Shown in pieces: positions 18,150-29,253 of a stretch of 64,000 nucleotides of DNA. Within the stretch, counting starts at the first letter, position 1. Every line of letters starts with the position of its first letter. The DNA comes from an uncultured delta proteobacterium (GTDB lineage Bacteria > Myxococcota_A > Polyangia > Polyangiales > Polyangiaceae): NCBI GenBank assembly GCA_963763745.1, contig CAVXQJ010000016.1:321029-385028 (forward strand). The letters run 5' to 3'. Made by a program: the position numbers and the translations under genes. Below the pieces are notes generated by a model. That model ran no database searches, had not been told where the DNA came from, and saw only the letters and a list, made by a program, of their open reading frames with translations.

Positions 18150-21100
18150 CGAAAAAAAACGGAGACGTCGTCGGCGCGCGTTTCGTGATCGAGAGCCTCG
18201 CAGGCGAAGGCGGAATGGGTGAGGTGTATCGCGCCAAGGATCGCGAGCGCGGCGCGGACGTCGCGCTGAAGATTTTTCGAACGCGCGCACGCGCGAACGA
18301 ACAGGAAGCGCGCACGCTGCTCGAGCTCGTTCATCCGAACATCGTGCGCTGCGTCGCGTTCGGCACGACCGACGAGGGGAGCGATTTTCTCGCGACGGAG
18401 TGGCTCGACGGCGAGACGCTGCGCGCCCGCCTCGCGCGAGGCGCGGTGCCGATGACGCAAACGATCCGCATCGCGCGCCGCGTCGCCGAGGGGCTCGCCG
18501 CGGCGCACGCGTGGGGAATCACGCATCGCGACGTCACGCCGGCGAACGTGATGCTGCTCCCCGACGGACAAGTGAAGCTCCTCGACTTCGGTCTCGCCGT
18601 TCACGGACGCGAAGGCGGCGCAGCGGGCACCGTCGGCTACGCCGCACCCGAGCAAGCGCGCGGCGATCCGCTGACGCCGCGCGCCGACGTGTTCTCGCTC
18701 GGCTGCGTGATCTACGAGTGTCTCCTCGGAGAGAAACCTTTCGCCGCCGAGACCGACGTCGCGGTGATCGCGCGCATGCTCGAAGGCGACACGGCGCGCG
18801 TGACGGCGCGCCTCACGGGCGTGCCGAGCGCGCTCGTGCGTCTCGTCGCGCGAATGCTCGCAAGCGATCCGGAGGCGCGTCCGCATGGCGCAGCGGCGGT
18901 CGCGTCGGAGCTCGCGGTGCTCGAAGCGCGCGAAGGTCAGAAGAGCGAGCCGGCCGCGACGATCTCGACGACCGACAAAGGGCCGTCCGCATTTCCGAGC
19001 AGTCGATCCGTCACGGACGCGGAGGCGCGCGCGTCGCAAGCGCTCGTCGCGGAGACGGCGGCCGCGGGCAGCGCGCGTTTGAACGCGGAGCTCGAAGCGC
19101 TCGGCGCGGCGGTCACGCGAGCCGGGTCGCGCGTCGTGTGCGTGTGGCAGACCGAGACGTCCGCGGTCGAGCGCGCGGTGCGCGGTGCGCGCGCGGCGCT
19201 CGCGGTGTTGCGATCGGATGCCCACGCGCGCGTCGCGCTCGCCGCGTCGACGTCCGCGTCGATCGCGGAGAGCTCCGCGATCGAGGCGCTCCCCGAGGCG
19301 CCGTCGATCCGCATCGACGCGGACACGGCGCGGCTCCTCGGCGATCGCTTCGTCATCCGTCCCGACGGCGACGAGCTCGTTCTCCTGCGCGAAGGCGCGA
19401 GCCCGCATTCGCGTACGTCGCTGCTCGGACACGAGACGCGATGCGTCGGTCGCGATCGCGAGATCGGCCTCATCGTGTCGACGTTCGAAGAGTGCCGCGA
19501 CGAGCCCGACGCGCGCGTCGTGTGGGTGACGGGCCCACCGGGAATCGGAAAGACGCGCGTGCGCGACGAGGTCATCACGCGCATCGTCAGCGGCGATGCG
19601 CCGCCGCGCGTGTGGAGCGCGCAAGCGGATCCGACTCGCGCGGGCGTCGCGCTCGGCGTGCTCGGGGATCTCGTACGTTCGGCGGCCGCGATCGTGGAAG
19701 GCGACGACGCGCGCCACGAGCACGCCTCGCTCGAGTCGCGCGCGTGCGCGCGCGTCAACGCGATCGACAAGCCGCGCGTCGTCGAGTTTCTCAGCGAGCT
19801 CTTGCGAATCCCCATCGCGGATCCGAGCCCGCAGCTCAAGGTCGCGCGCGAAGAGCCGCTCTTGATGGGCGATCAGGTTCGTCGCGCGTTCGAGGATCTC
19901 GTCCTCGCCGAGCTCGCGGCCGGATCGCTCGCGATCGTCGTCGAGGATTTGCAGTGGGCGGACGCCGCATCCGTTCGCGCGCTGTCCGACGTCGCGCGCG
20001 CGGCGCGCGAAAGGCCGCTCTTCATCTTGCTCCTCGGACGACCCGAAGCGAAAGACACGCTCCTTCGTCTCGTCGCGGATCGTCAGCCGACGGGCGTCGC
20101 GCTCGGCAAGCTCGGAACGAAGGCGATGGAGAAGCTCGTCGCGTCCGCGCTCGCCGGCGCCGACGGACAAGCGATCGACGCGGAGCTCGTCGCGAGCATC
20201 GCGACGCGCGCGGGCGGCAATCCGTTCTTCGCCGAGGAGCTCGTCCGCGCGACGGCGACGGGCGCGGCGCCGATGGCCGCGCTCGCGATGCTCGAGTCGC
20301 GCCTCACGAGCCTCGAGCCCGAAGCGCGCCGCGTGCTCCGCGCAGCGAGCGTGTTCGGACAGCAGTTCGTCTCGAGCGACGTCGCGGTGCTCCTCGGCGA
20401 CGACGGGCAAGGTGCGTCGGTCGAGTTCGTCGATGCGTGGTGCGCGTGGCTCGCCGAGCGCGAGGTGCTCTCGCAGAGCGCGGGCGTGTGGTCGTTCCGT
20501 CACGCGCTCGTCCGCGACACGGCGTACTCGATGCTCACCGACGCGGATCGAAAGACCGCGCACGCGCTCGCCGCCGAGCTCCTCGAGCGATCGCAACGCG
20601 CTCCTGGACCGGTCATCGCCGATCATTTCGCGCGCGCGGGCGAGCCCGAGCGCGCTTCGCGGTGGCTCGCGTCCTCCGCGACCGATGCGCTCGAGGCCAA
20701 CGACTTGAGCGCGTGTGTCGACCTCGGCGAGCGAGCCATCGCAGAGGCCGCGACGGGCGATTGGCGCGGCGAGCTCCTCGTCGTTCTCGCCGAAGCGCAT
20801 CGCTGGCGAGGCGAGTTCGAGCGCTCCGCGGCGTGCTCGCGTGAAGCGATCGATCTTCTGCCCGAAGGCAGCGCGCGGTTCTTTCGCGCCGTCGCCGAGC
20901 TCGCCGCAGCGACGGGAACGGCGGGGCCTCCCGATCAGTTCGAGCTCGCGCTCGCAAAGCTCGCGACCCTGCCGCACGACGACGCGAAGGGCGCCGCGTC
21001 GACCGCGTGCAGCCGCGCGGCGATGCACCTCATCGTGCGCGGCGACCCGCGCGGCGATGTGCTCCTCGCGCGCGCCGACGCGTCCGCGGACTCCAATCTC

Positions 21101-21877
21101 GCGCGCGGTCGCGTGAATCAAGCGTACGCATTCCGAGCAAACATTCGCGGAGAGCTCGAAGAGACGATGCACCGATACACCGCGAGCACGCGCGCGTTCG
21201 AAGCGGCCGGCGATCTTCGCACCGCGTGCGTGCAGGAGCTCAACGCGGCCGCGGCGCTCTGCGAGCTCGGGCGCGACGACGAAGCGCGTACGCGCCTCGA
21301 CCGCGGAGCACGCGAAGCCGACGCGCGAGGTCTCCTCTCCGCCGTCGCGCTCGCGCACCACCTCGGTGGAATCCTGCTCGCGCGCGAGGGCCGCATCGAC
21401 GAAGCCATCGCGGAGCAGCTCCGCGCGATCGAGACGTTCACCGCGCAAGGCAACGCGCGCATGGAGGGAGGCGTCCGGTGTCATCACGCCGAGCTCTTGC
21501 TCAAAGAGAGGAGGCTCGACGAAGCGCTCGCCGAAGCAAAGCGCTCCTGCGATTTGCTCGCGGCGGTCGCGCCGGCGCGCGCACGCTCGCTCGCGGTGCT
21601 CGCGCTCGTTCACATCGCGCGCGGCGACACGCCCGCGGCGCTCGACGCATCGAAGGAAGCGCTCGCGCTCGCCGAGACCGCGGGCGTCGAATCCGGCGAG
21701 GCCATCGTCTACGCCGCGCGCGCCGACGCGCTCACGCTCGCCGGCTCCGCCGAAGCCGCCACCGTGCGCGAAACCGGGCGAAAAAAGCTCCTCGCGCGCG
21801 CGGGCACGATCGCCGACGCGTCGCTCAAGAAGAGCTTCCTCGCCGTCCCGGAGAACGCGCGCCTCCTCACATCTTGA
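18146..21877 (+). CDS. Multidomain Ser/Thr kinase fused to an AAA/STAND-type ATPase with C-terminal TPR repeats (1243 aa)
   Basis: The kinase domain has GEGGMGEVYRA, HRDVTPANV, DFG and GYAAPE. The P-loop is VWVTGPPGIGKTR. A long TPR-like tail follows. The frame is continuous for 3.7 kb. Confidence 0.85.
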   Translation: MTKKNGDVVGARFVIESLAGEGGMGEVYRAKDRERGADVALKIFRTRARANEQEARTLLELVHPNIVRCVAFGTTDEGSDFLATEWLDGETLRARLARGAVPMTQTIRIARRVAEGLAAAHAWGITHRDVTPANVMLLPDGQVKLLDFGLAVHGREGGAAGTVGYAAPEQARGDPLTPRADVFSLGCVIYECLLGEKPFAAETDVAVIARMLEGDTARVTARLTGVPSALVRLVARMLASDPEARPHGAAAVASELAVLEAREGQKSEPAATISTTDKGPSAFPSSRSVTDAEARASQALVAETAAAGSARLNAELEALGAAVTRAGSRVVCVWQTETSAVERAVRGARAALAVLRSDAHARVALAASTSASIAESSAIEALPEAPSIRIDADTARLLGDRFVIRPDGDELVLLREGASPHSRTSLLGHETRCVGRDREIGLIVSTFEECRDEPDARVVWVTGPPGIGKTRVRDEVITRIVSGDAPPRVWSAQADPTRAGVALGVLGDLVRSAAAIVEGDDARHEHASLESRACARVNAIDKPRVVEFLSELLRIPIADPSPQLKVAREEPLLMGDQVRRAFEDLVLAELAAGSLAIVVEDLQWADAASVRALSDVARAARERPLFILLLGRPEAKDTLLRLVADRQPTGVALGKLGTKAMEKLVASALAGADGQAIDAELVASIATRAGGNPFFAEELVRATATGAAPMAALAMLESRLTSLEPEARRVLRAASVFGQQFVSSDVAVLLGDDGQGASVEFVDAWCAWLAEREVLSQSAGVWSFRHALVRDTAYSMLTDADRKTAHALAAELLERSQRAPGPVIADHFARAGEPERASRWLASSATDALEANDLSACVDLGERAIAEAATGDWRGELLVVLAEAHRWRGEFERSAACSREAIDLLPEGSARFFRAVAELAAATGTAGPPDQFELALAKLATLPHDDAKGAASTACSRAAMHLIVRGDPRGDVLLARADASADSNLARGRVNQAYAFRANIRGELEETMHRYTASTRAFEAAGDLRTACVQELNAAAALCELGRDDEARTRLDRGAREADARGLLSAVALAHHLGGILLAREGRIDEAIAEQLRAIETFTAQGNARMEGGVRCHHAELLLKERRLDEALAEAKRSCDLLAAVAPARARSLAVLALVHIARGDTPAALDASKEALALAETAGVESGEAIVYAARADALTLAGSAEAATVRETGRKKLLARAGTIADASLKKSFLAVPENARLLTS

Positions 21878-21914
21878 CGCGCGCGCGCGTTTTCCATAAG
21901 CGTACGGCCCGAAG

Positions 21915-22812
21915 ATGCAGTCGGTTGCGTCCGCCCGAAGAGTCGCGTCCCCACGCGTTTTGGCGCGCGACGTGCTCGCGCTCGCGAAGCCGCGCATCAC
22001 GTCGATGGTGCTTCTCACGGCGGCCGGCGGCCTGTGGCTGGCACCGGGTCACGCGTCGCGCACGGCGACCGTGTGCGCGCTCCTCGGCACCGCGCTCATC
22101 GTGAGCGGCGCGAACGCGCTCAACATGTTCATCGAGCGCGACATCGACGGCTTCATGAAGCGCACGAAGGATCGCCCGCTCCCGGCGGGTCGCATGCCCG
22201 CGCGCTTCGCGCTCGTGTTCGGCGTCGCGCTGTCGGTGCTCGCGGTTCCGATCCTCGCGCTCGGCGTCAACGCGCTCGACGGCGCTCCTCGCGGTCCTCG
22301 CGAACCTTCTCTACGTGCTCGCGTACACGCCGCTCAAGCAGCGCTCGCACTGGGCGCTTCAGGTCGGCGCGGTGCCCGGCGCGATCCCTCCGCTCCTCGG
22401 TTGGACGGCAGCGACGGGACGCGTCGACGCGGCGGGCTCGTCCTCTTCGCGATCCTGTTTTTCTGGCAGATCGCCGCATTTTCACGCGATCGCGCTCTTC
22501 CGAAAGCTCGAGTACGGACGCGCGGGCCTCGTCGTTCTTCCGAATGTCGAAGGAGACGAATCCGCGCGTCACAGCATCGTGCGCCACGCGAGCGCGCTCG
22601 CCGCGGTGAGCCTGCTCCTCTATCCGCTGCACGTCGCGCACGGGATTTACGTCGCGTCCGCGCTCGCGCTCGGCGCTTCGTTCATCGCCGTCTCGCTCCT
22701 CGGCATTCGCAAAACGGTCAGCCCGCGCTGGTCGCGCCGCGTCTTCGGAGCCTCGCTCGTGTATCTCGTAGGTCTCTTCGCAGCGATCGCCGCCGACGCG
22801 ATTTGCTCATGA
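21915..22812 (+). pseudogene. ctaB: Protoheme IX farnesyltransferase (heme O synthase), with three frame changes
   Basis: The protein is split across ORFs 21915..(frame 0) and 22315..22812 (frame 1). Recognisable pieces are [90 protein letters not shown](PHF)HAIALFRKLEY. The frame changes are a +1 event near 22280 (ctcGacggcg), a -1 event near 22440 (gggg to ggg) and a +1 event near 22478 (atcGccgcat). Confidence 0.8.
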
Positions 22813-23228
22813 CCCCTTGGCGCCTTGGCGCCTTGGCGATCTTTCTCTTCGCCTGCGAGACGCGCATGCCCGATTTCCACGGCGTCGCGCTCGGCATGGC
22901 CCCACGCGACGTGCGCGATCGCTTCGACGTGAAAGGCGCGTTCGACGTCGAGCCCTCGGCCGACGATTTCAAAATGCGATTTTCCCCCGAGACGAAGGCG
23001 ACGGTCACGACGGCGCAGTTCGAGTTCCACATGGGCGCGCTCGTCGCGATCCGCGCCGACATCGCGCCGAGCGATCCATTCGCGCGCGGCGAGGACACCG
23101 TCGTCACGAAAGCGATCGTCCTTCATCGCGCGCGCTCGCCCGAGTCGGTGCACATCGACGAGCTCGCGCGCGATTGCCCCTCGCATCACGCCGAGGCGGA
23201 GAAGCTCGTCGCGCCATCGGCGCGATGA
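22809..23228 (+). CDS. Small putative lipoprotein
   Basis: The ATG overlaps the ctaB stop (ATGA). MTPWRLGALAIFLFAC-E is followed by a protein-like 139 aa. Confidence 0.4.
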   Translation: MTPWRLGALAIFLFACETRMPDFHGVALGMAPRDVRDRFDVKGAFDVEPSADDFKMRFSPETKATVTTAQFEFHMGALVAIRADIAPSDPFARGEDTVVTKAIVLHRARSPESVHIDELARDCPSHHAEAEKLVAPSAR

Positions 23229-23268
23229 GCTCAGGTCGTCCCGGAGCGGCGTCAGCCGCGACGAGGAG

Positions 23269-23843
23269 CTAGTGCACTGACGGTCCGAGGATCACGCCGA
23301 GCCGCAATCCCGCCGTGAAACGCACGACGTCCCACTCGAGCGCCGTGCTCTTCGCGATGAGCTGAAGCGGATAAAAATCCGGACCGAATTCGACGCCGGC
23401 CAAGAAGCGCTGCCAAAAACGAAACGAGACGATGGCCGAGAGCGAGACCATCCCGAGCCACTGCGTCTGCGTGCTCCCGGCGGTCTCGGTGAACACGGTG
23501 ACGCTCTCGAGCGCGGCGGCGCCGCCGATCCAAACGTGCTCCTTCGCGAGCGCCGATCCGATCGCGAGACCAAAACCGCCCCGCACCGAATCGATCGTCG
23601 CACCCGCATCGCCCGGCCCGAGCGACCAGCCGAGCCGCACGAAAGGCTGAAGAGCTCGTCCACGAGCCATACCGCGGCCATCGCGTACACGCCGAAGTCG
23701 CCGTCCAGCGGATCGCGCAGCCCGAACGAGTTTCTCCCGCCCGCGCCAACCCAACCGCGAAGCGGCCCATCATCGTCGGCGCGAGCGCTCGCGGAGACGA
23801 GAATCGAGGCGAAGACGATCATCCGCGCGGCGCGCACAACCAT
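23269..23843 (-). pseudogene. Small outer-membrane beta-barrel-like protein, frameshifted near 23650
   Basis: The signal peptide (MIVFASILVSASARA) and N-terminal strands are in ORF 23292..23975. The remainder (PFVRLGWSLGPGDAG...RFTAGLRLGVILGPSVH) is in ORF 23269..23754. The junction between the two frames sits at ELFSL/QPFVRLGW. Confidence 0.45.
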
Positions 23844-24037
23844 CGCGTGTACCACGAAACCTTTTCGCGCTTTCGCGTGCGCGGACGATCTCGCGAATCT
23901 CTCTTGTGCGGTAAGCCCTGCGTCCCCTATAAGGACCGCGCGAACGAGCGTTTGGATCGCGCGCGCGCGATTCATCGAGCACCGTCATTCGTCGGGGCGG
24001 CGTGCTCGAGAGCGACGCTGTCGCAACGAGCCTCTCG

Positions 24038-24667
24038 ATGCAAATTTTCCCCCGAGCTCTGAACAAGCTGCCGCTCTACGGCGCCGTTGGCAGTCTATTC
24101 GCGATGACCGCGGTCGTCGGAGTGTTTTGGTATTACTTCTCGCCGAAGAACCTCCAGGTCGGGTACGCGCCGAAGCAACCGGTGCCGTACAGCCATCGCC
24201 TCCATGCGGGGCAAATGGGCATCGACTGCCGCTACTGCCACGCGCAGGTCGAGCGCGCCGCACACGCGATGATCCCGCCGACGCAAACGTGCATGGGGTG
24301 TCACGCGGTCGTGAAGACCGACAGCGCGATGCTCGCGCCCGTCCGCGAGAGCTGGGAGACCGGCGAGCCGGTGCAGTGGGTCAAGGTCCACAAGCTCCCC
24401 GAGCACACCTACTTCAATCACAGCGTGCACCTCGCGGTCGGCGTCGGCTGCGCAACGTGCCACGGTCGCATCGATCAAATGGACGTCGTGCGTCTCGATA
24501 AACCGATCGCGATGCAGTGGTGCCTCGAGTGCCACAGAAACCCGACACCGAACCTTCGCCCGAAGGATCAGATCACCAACATGAGCTGGACGCCCGAACA
24601 AGCGCCCGCCGGCTGGAAACCGCCGGAAGTGCATCCCCCCACGAACTGCAGCGGGTGCCACCGATGA
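24038..24667 (+). CDS. actA: Alternative Complex III subunit ActA (pentaheme cytochrome c)
   Basis: There are five CxxCH motifs (CRYCH, CMGCH, CATCH, CLECH, CSGCH) and an N-terminal TM anchor. The start may instead be at 24002. Confidence 0.85.
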   Translation: MQIFPRALNKLPLYGAVGSLFAMTAVVGVFWYYFSPKNLQVGYAPKQPVPYSHRLHAGQMGIDCRYCHAQVERAAHAMIPPTQTCMGCHAVVKTDSAMLAPVRESWETGEPVQWVKVHKLPEHTYFNHSVHLAVGVGCATCHGRIDQMDVVRLDKPIAMQWCLECHRNPTPNLRPKDQITNMSWTPEQAPAGWKPPEVHPPTNCSGCHR

Positions 24668-27600
24668 GCAAGCGGCAACCGTTTCCCCAGGAAGAGATCT
24701 CCCCGAACGCGAAAGCGATCTGGAAGAGCCTCGACGAAAAGCGCGATCCCGCGGCGGCAAAAGAGGAAGCGAAGAAAGAGTTCTTCGCGCCGATCCAGCT
24801 TTCGCGACGCGGTCTCTTCGGGTTCGGCGCGGCGACCGCTGCGCTCGCAACCTCGGGATGCCTTCGCCGTCCCGTCGAGCACATTTATCCGTACACGAAG
24901 GCGCCGGAGTACGTGATCCCCGGCGTCGCCGATCACTACGCGACGATTCTCCCGCGTCGCGGCGAAGTCGTCGGCGTGCTCGTCGAGAGCCACGAAGGCC
25001 GCCCGACGAAGGTCGAAGGCAACGAAGAACATCCGACGTCGCTCGGCGGCGCCGACTCGCTGCTCCAAGCCGCGACGATGGATCTCTACGACGCCGATCG
25101 CTCGACCGACGTCCGCGAAAAAGGAAAAAAGAGCGACTGGGCCGCGTTCGACAAAGCGTTCGCCGCGATCCTGAAGACGCTCCAAACGGACGGCGGGTCG
25201 AAGCTCCGCGTGCTCGTGCGTCCGTCGCAATCGCCGACGATGCTGCGCCTTCGCACGCTCGCATCGGAGAAGTTCCCGCACGCGCGCGTTCACATGTACG
25301 CGCCCGTCGCGGAGTCGAACGTCCGCGAAGGCGGGCGCATCGCGTTCGGAACGCAAGTCGTCCCGCGATACAACTACGCCTTCGCCAAAGCGATCGTCGC
25401 GCTCGACGCCGACGTGCTCCACACGGAGCAAGGCTCGATTCACGCGACGAAGGGCTTCGTGCGCGGTCGCAAGATCGAGCGCGCGAGCGATCCGATGAGC
25501 CGCTTGTACGTCGTCGAGCCGACGCTCACTGTGACGGGCGCGAACGCCGACGAGCGCTTGCGTCTCCCCGCCGCGCACGTCGACGCGTTCGCGCGCGCGC
25601 TCGCAGCGGAGCTCGCGGACAAAGGCATCGATCTCGGTCCGATCAAGGACTCGGTCGCTGGCGCGAAGGCGCCGGAAGGATCCGAAGCGTTCCTCAAAGC
25701 CGCCGCGGCGGATCTCGTCGCGAACAAAGGCAAAGGCGTGCTCGCCGCGGGTCGCCGTCAACCGGCGCACGTCCACGCGCTCGTTCACGCGATGAACACC
25801 GCGCTCGAGAACGTTGGTCGCACGGCGAGCTACGCGCCCGTCGTCGACGTGACGGAGCCGGCGGATCTCGCGGGCGATCTCAAAGCGCTCGCCGACGACA
25901 TCGACGCAGGCAACAAAGTCGACGTCCTCCTCATCCTCGGCGGAAACCCCGTCTACGACGCGCCCGGCGACATCAAGCTCGCCGCGAAGATCGACACGAT
26001 CCCGACGACGATCCACCTCTCCTCGCACTTCGACGAGACGAGCGAGCACTGCACGTGGCACATCCCGCTCGCGCACGAGCTCGAGAGCTGGGGCGATGGC
26101 CGCGCGTTCGACGGCACGTGGTCGATCCAGCAGCCGCTCATCGCGCCGCTCCACGACGGTCGCTCGATCATCGAAATCTTCGCGAACCTCACCGACGAAG
26201 CTCCGCACGGTCACGAGCTCGTCCGCGCGACGTTCCGCGAGCGCGCAGCGACTCCATCGCGCTTCGAAGGCGCGTGGAAGACGGCGCTCCGTCTCGGCCT
26301 CGACTCCGGCTCGAACTCGATTCAGTTCGAAGCGCACGCGACGCTCACCGACGTCGCCGCCGCGATCACGAAGGTCCCGCTCGGCAAGCCCATCGGCGCG
26401 CAGAACATGGAGCTCGCGATCGCGCCGTGCAACAAGCTCCACGACGGCGCATCGGGCAACAACCCGTGGCTGCTCGAAGTGCCCGATCCGATCACGAAGA
26501 TCGTCTGGGACAACGCCGCGCTCTTCTCGCCCGCAACCGCGAAGGCGCTCGGCATCGACGGCGGCGACATCGTTTCGATCGCGCGCGAGGGCTCACAGAC
26601 GATCGAAGTCGTCGCGTGGGTCCAACCCGGTCAAGCCGACAACTCGATCGCGCTCTCGCTCGGTTGGGGCCGCCAGAACGCGGGCCGCTACGGCAACACG
26701 CGCGGCTTCAACGTGAACCCCGTGCGCTCGTCCAAGTCGATGGACATGCTCGACGGCGCGCGCGTCTCGAAGACCGGCAAGATCTACAAGGTCGTCCAGA
26801 CGCAAGATCACGATCGCATGGAAGGCCGCCCGCTCGCGATCGACGCGACGCTCGACGAGTTCAAATCGAACCCCGCGTTCGTCCTCTTCCCGAGCACGTC
26901 GCGCAAAGACGAGGTCGTCACCGGTCCGCTCCACCGCGAGCTCGAGCGACCGGGCTCGCCCACGCCGAAGGCGCAACCGCTTTGGGACCGCGTGAAATAC
27001 GAGGGCCACAAGTGGGGCATGACGATCGACCTCAACGCGTGCACCGGTTGCAACGCGTGCGTCGTCGCGTGCATCGCCGAGAACAACATCGCGTTCGTCG
27101 GCAAGGAACAAGTCTTCCGCGGCCGCGAGATGCACTGGATCCGCATCGACCGCTACTTCGTCGGCGACAGCGAAGACGACCCGGAGGTCGCGTTCCAACC
27201 CGTCGCGTGCGTGCAGTGCGAAGAAGCGCCGTGCGAAAACGTCTGCCCCGTCAACGCGACGATCCACAGCGACGAAGGCCTCAACGACATGGCCTACAAC
27301 CGCTGCATCGGCACGCGCTACTGCGCGAACAACTGCCCGTACAAAGTCCGCCGCTTCAACTTCCTCGAGTGGCGCGGCCCCGAAGGCGCGCAGCAGCGCG
27401 TCCAAGATTTGTACGACAACATCCCCGAGACCGAGAAGCTCGCGTTCAACCCGAACGTCACGGTGCGCATGCGCGGCGTGATGGAGAAATGCACGTACTG
27501 CGTGCAGCGCATCGAAGAAGCCAAGATCGGCGCGCGCCGCGAGACTCGCGCGATCTTGCCGAACGAGATCAAGACCGCCTGCCAGCAAACCTGCCCGGCT

Positions 27601-27813
27601 GACGCGATCACCTTCGGCGATCTCAACAACCCGAAGGCGGAAGTGACGCGCCTCCAGCGCAGCGAGCGCGGCTACGCGCTCCTCGCCGTCCTCGGCACGC
27701 ACCCGCGCACGACGCACCTCGGAAAGATCCGAAACCCGAGCCCAGCACTCCACAAACCGAAGGTCGCCGATCAGAAACACGAAGGCGGAAGCTCGGGGGA
27801 GGCGCCGAAATGA
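24664..27813 (+). CDS. actB: Alternative Complex III subunit ActB (molybdopterin-oxidoreductase-like domain fused to an Fe-S domain)
   Basis: Tat signal [19 protein letters not shown]. There are three Cys-rich Fe-S motifs ([37 protein letters not shown]). It is 1049 aa and its ATG overlaps the actA stop. Confidence 0.9.
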   Translation: MSKRQPFPQEEISPNAKAIWKSLDEKRDPAAAKEEAKKEFFAPIQLSRRGLFGFGAATAALATSGCLRRPVEHIYPYTKAPEYVIPGVADHYATILPRRGEVVGVLVESHEGRPTKVEGNEEHPTSLGGADSLLQAATMDLYDADRSTDVREKGKKSDWAAFDKAFAAILKTLQTDGGSKLRVLVRPSQSPTMLRLRTLASEKFPHARVHMYAPVAESNVREGGRIAFGTQVVPRYNYAFAKAIVALDADVLHTEQGSIHATKGFVRGRKIERASDPMSRLYVVEPTLTVTGANADERLRLPAAHVDAFARALAAELADKGIDLGPIKDSVAGAKAPEGSEAFLKAAAADLVANKGKGVLAAGRRQPAHVHALVHAMNTALENVGRTASYAPVVDVTEPADLAGDLKALADDIDAGNKVDVLLILGGNPVYDAPGDIKLAAKIDTIPTTIHLSSHFDETSEHCTWHIPLAHELESWGDGRAFDGTWSIQQPLIAPLHDGRSIIEIFANLTDEAPHGHELVRATFRERAATPSRFEGAWKTALRLGLDSGSNSIQFEAHATLTDVAAAITKVPLGKPIGAQNMELAIAPCNKLHDGASGNNPWLLEVPDPITKIVWDNAALFSPATAKALGIDGGDIVSIAREGSQTIEVVAWVQPGQADNSIALSLGWGRQNAGRYGNTRGFNVNPVRSSKSMDMLDGARVSKTGKIYKVVQTQDHDRMEGRPLAIDATLDEFKSNPAFVLFPSTSRKDEVVTGPLHRELERPGSPTPKAQPLWDRVKYEGHKWGMTIDLNACTGCNACVVACIAENNIAFVGKEQVFRGREMHWIRIDRYFVGDSEDDPEVAFQPVACVQCEEAPCENVCPVNATIHSDEGLNDMAYNRCIGTRYCANNCPYKVRRFNFLEWRGPEGAQQRVQDLYDNIPETEKLAFNPNVTVRMRGVMEKCTYCVQRIEEAKIGARRETRAILPNEIKTACQQTCPADAITFGDLNNPKAEVTRLQRSERGYALLAVLGTHPRTTHLGKIRNPSPALHKPKVADQKHEGGSSGEAPK

Positions 27814-29253
27814 GCAACCGCAACCTGCCCATCAAAGCCATCGGCGAGGTCTACCTCACGAAAGAGGGGATGACCTTCCACGAGATCTCGGACGTCGTAT
27901 GCGGCGTCACCGAGAAGAAGGCGCCACGCAACTGGTGGATCGCCTTCTTCATCGCGTCGACGTTCACCGGCATCCTCTTCTCGGCGATCGGTTACCTCTT
28001 CTGGCAAGGCGTCGGCGTCTGGGGAAACAACGCGCCCGTCTACTGGGCGTGGGACATCACGAACTTCGTCTGGTGGATCGGTATCGGTCACGCCGGCACG
28101 CTCATCAGCGCCGTCCTCTTCATCTTCCGCCAGAAGTGGCGCACGGCGATCAACCGCGCCGCGGAGGCGATGACGATCTTCGCCGTCATCTGCGCGCTCC
28201 TCTTCCCCGGCATCCACGTCGGCCGCGCGTGGTTTGCATACTACATGTTTCCGATCCCGAACCAGATGGCGATCTGGCCGAACTTCAAGAGCCCGCTCAT
28301 CTGGGACCTCTTCGCGGTCAGCACGTACTTCACGGTTTCGCTTTTGTTCTGGTACTCGGGCCTGATTCCGGACTTCGCGCTCCTGCGCGATCGCGCGATG
28401 GGCATGACGGGCCGCGTCGGCAAGGTCCGCCGCCTCGTCTACGGATCGCTCGCGCTCGGTTGGCGCGGATCGAACCGTCACTGGCAGAACTACGAGCGCA
28501 TGTACCTGATCCTCGCGGCCATCTCGACGCCGCTGGTTCTCTCGGTGCACAGCGTCGTCTCGTTCGACTTCGCGACGTCGGTCTTGCCGGGCTGGCACAC
28601 GACGATCTTCCCGCCGTACTTCGTCGCCGGCGCCATCTTCTCCGGCTTCGCGATGGTCATGACGCTCATGCTCGTGACGCGCGCCGTCTACGGCATGAAG
28701 AGCGTCATCACGATGCGCCACCTCGAGCTGATGAACAAGATCATCATGCTCACCGGTTCGCTCGTTGGTTACGCGTACGCGATGGAGTTCTTCATCGCCG
28801 GGTACTCGGGCAACGAGTACGAGCGCTACGTCTTCATGAACCGCGCCTTCGGCCCGTACGCGTGGGCGTACTGGACGATGATCACGTGCAACGTGATCAT
28901 CCCGCAAGCGTTCTGGTTCAAGAAGGCGCGCACGAGCATCCCGATCATGTTCGCGATCTCGATCACCGTGAACATCGGCATGTGGTTCGAGCGCTTCGTC
29001 ATCATCGTGACGTCGCTGCATCGTGACTTCCTGCCGTCGTCGTGGGGTTACTTCCGCCCGACGCATCATCGACATGTGCACGTACACGGGCACGCTCGGG
29101 TTGTTCTTCACGTGCTTCCTCCTCTTCATCCGCTGGGTCCCGATGATCGCGATCGCAGAAGTGAAGGGTGTTCTCCCGGCAGCGGATCCCCACGCAAGCG
29201 ACGAAGAGCACGCACCGGCACACGCGGAGGCAGCGGCGTCGCCCGCGGAATGA
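27810..29253 (+). CDS. actC: Alternative Complex III subunit ActC (NrfD-like membrane subunit), with one +1 frameshift near 29065
   Basis: About 417 aa of polytopic membrane protein are in frame 0. The C-terminal about 60 aa ([35 protein letters not shown]...) are in ORF 29023..29253. The join is at acgCatcatc. Confidence 0.8.

Noticed and set aside
18050-22018. 1322 aa minus-strand ORF antisense to the kinase-AAA-TPR gene
   Set aside because: It is an Arg/Glu-rich shadow ORF typical of the antisense frame of GC-rich coding DNA. It has no domain signatures.
24568-26442. 624 aa minus-strand ORF antisense to actB
   Set aside because: Shadow ORF. actB on the + strand has Tat and Fe-S motifs.
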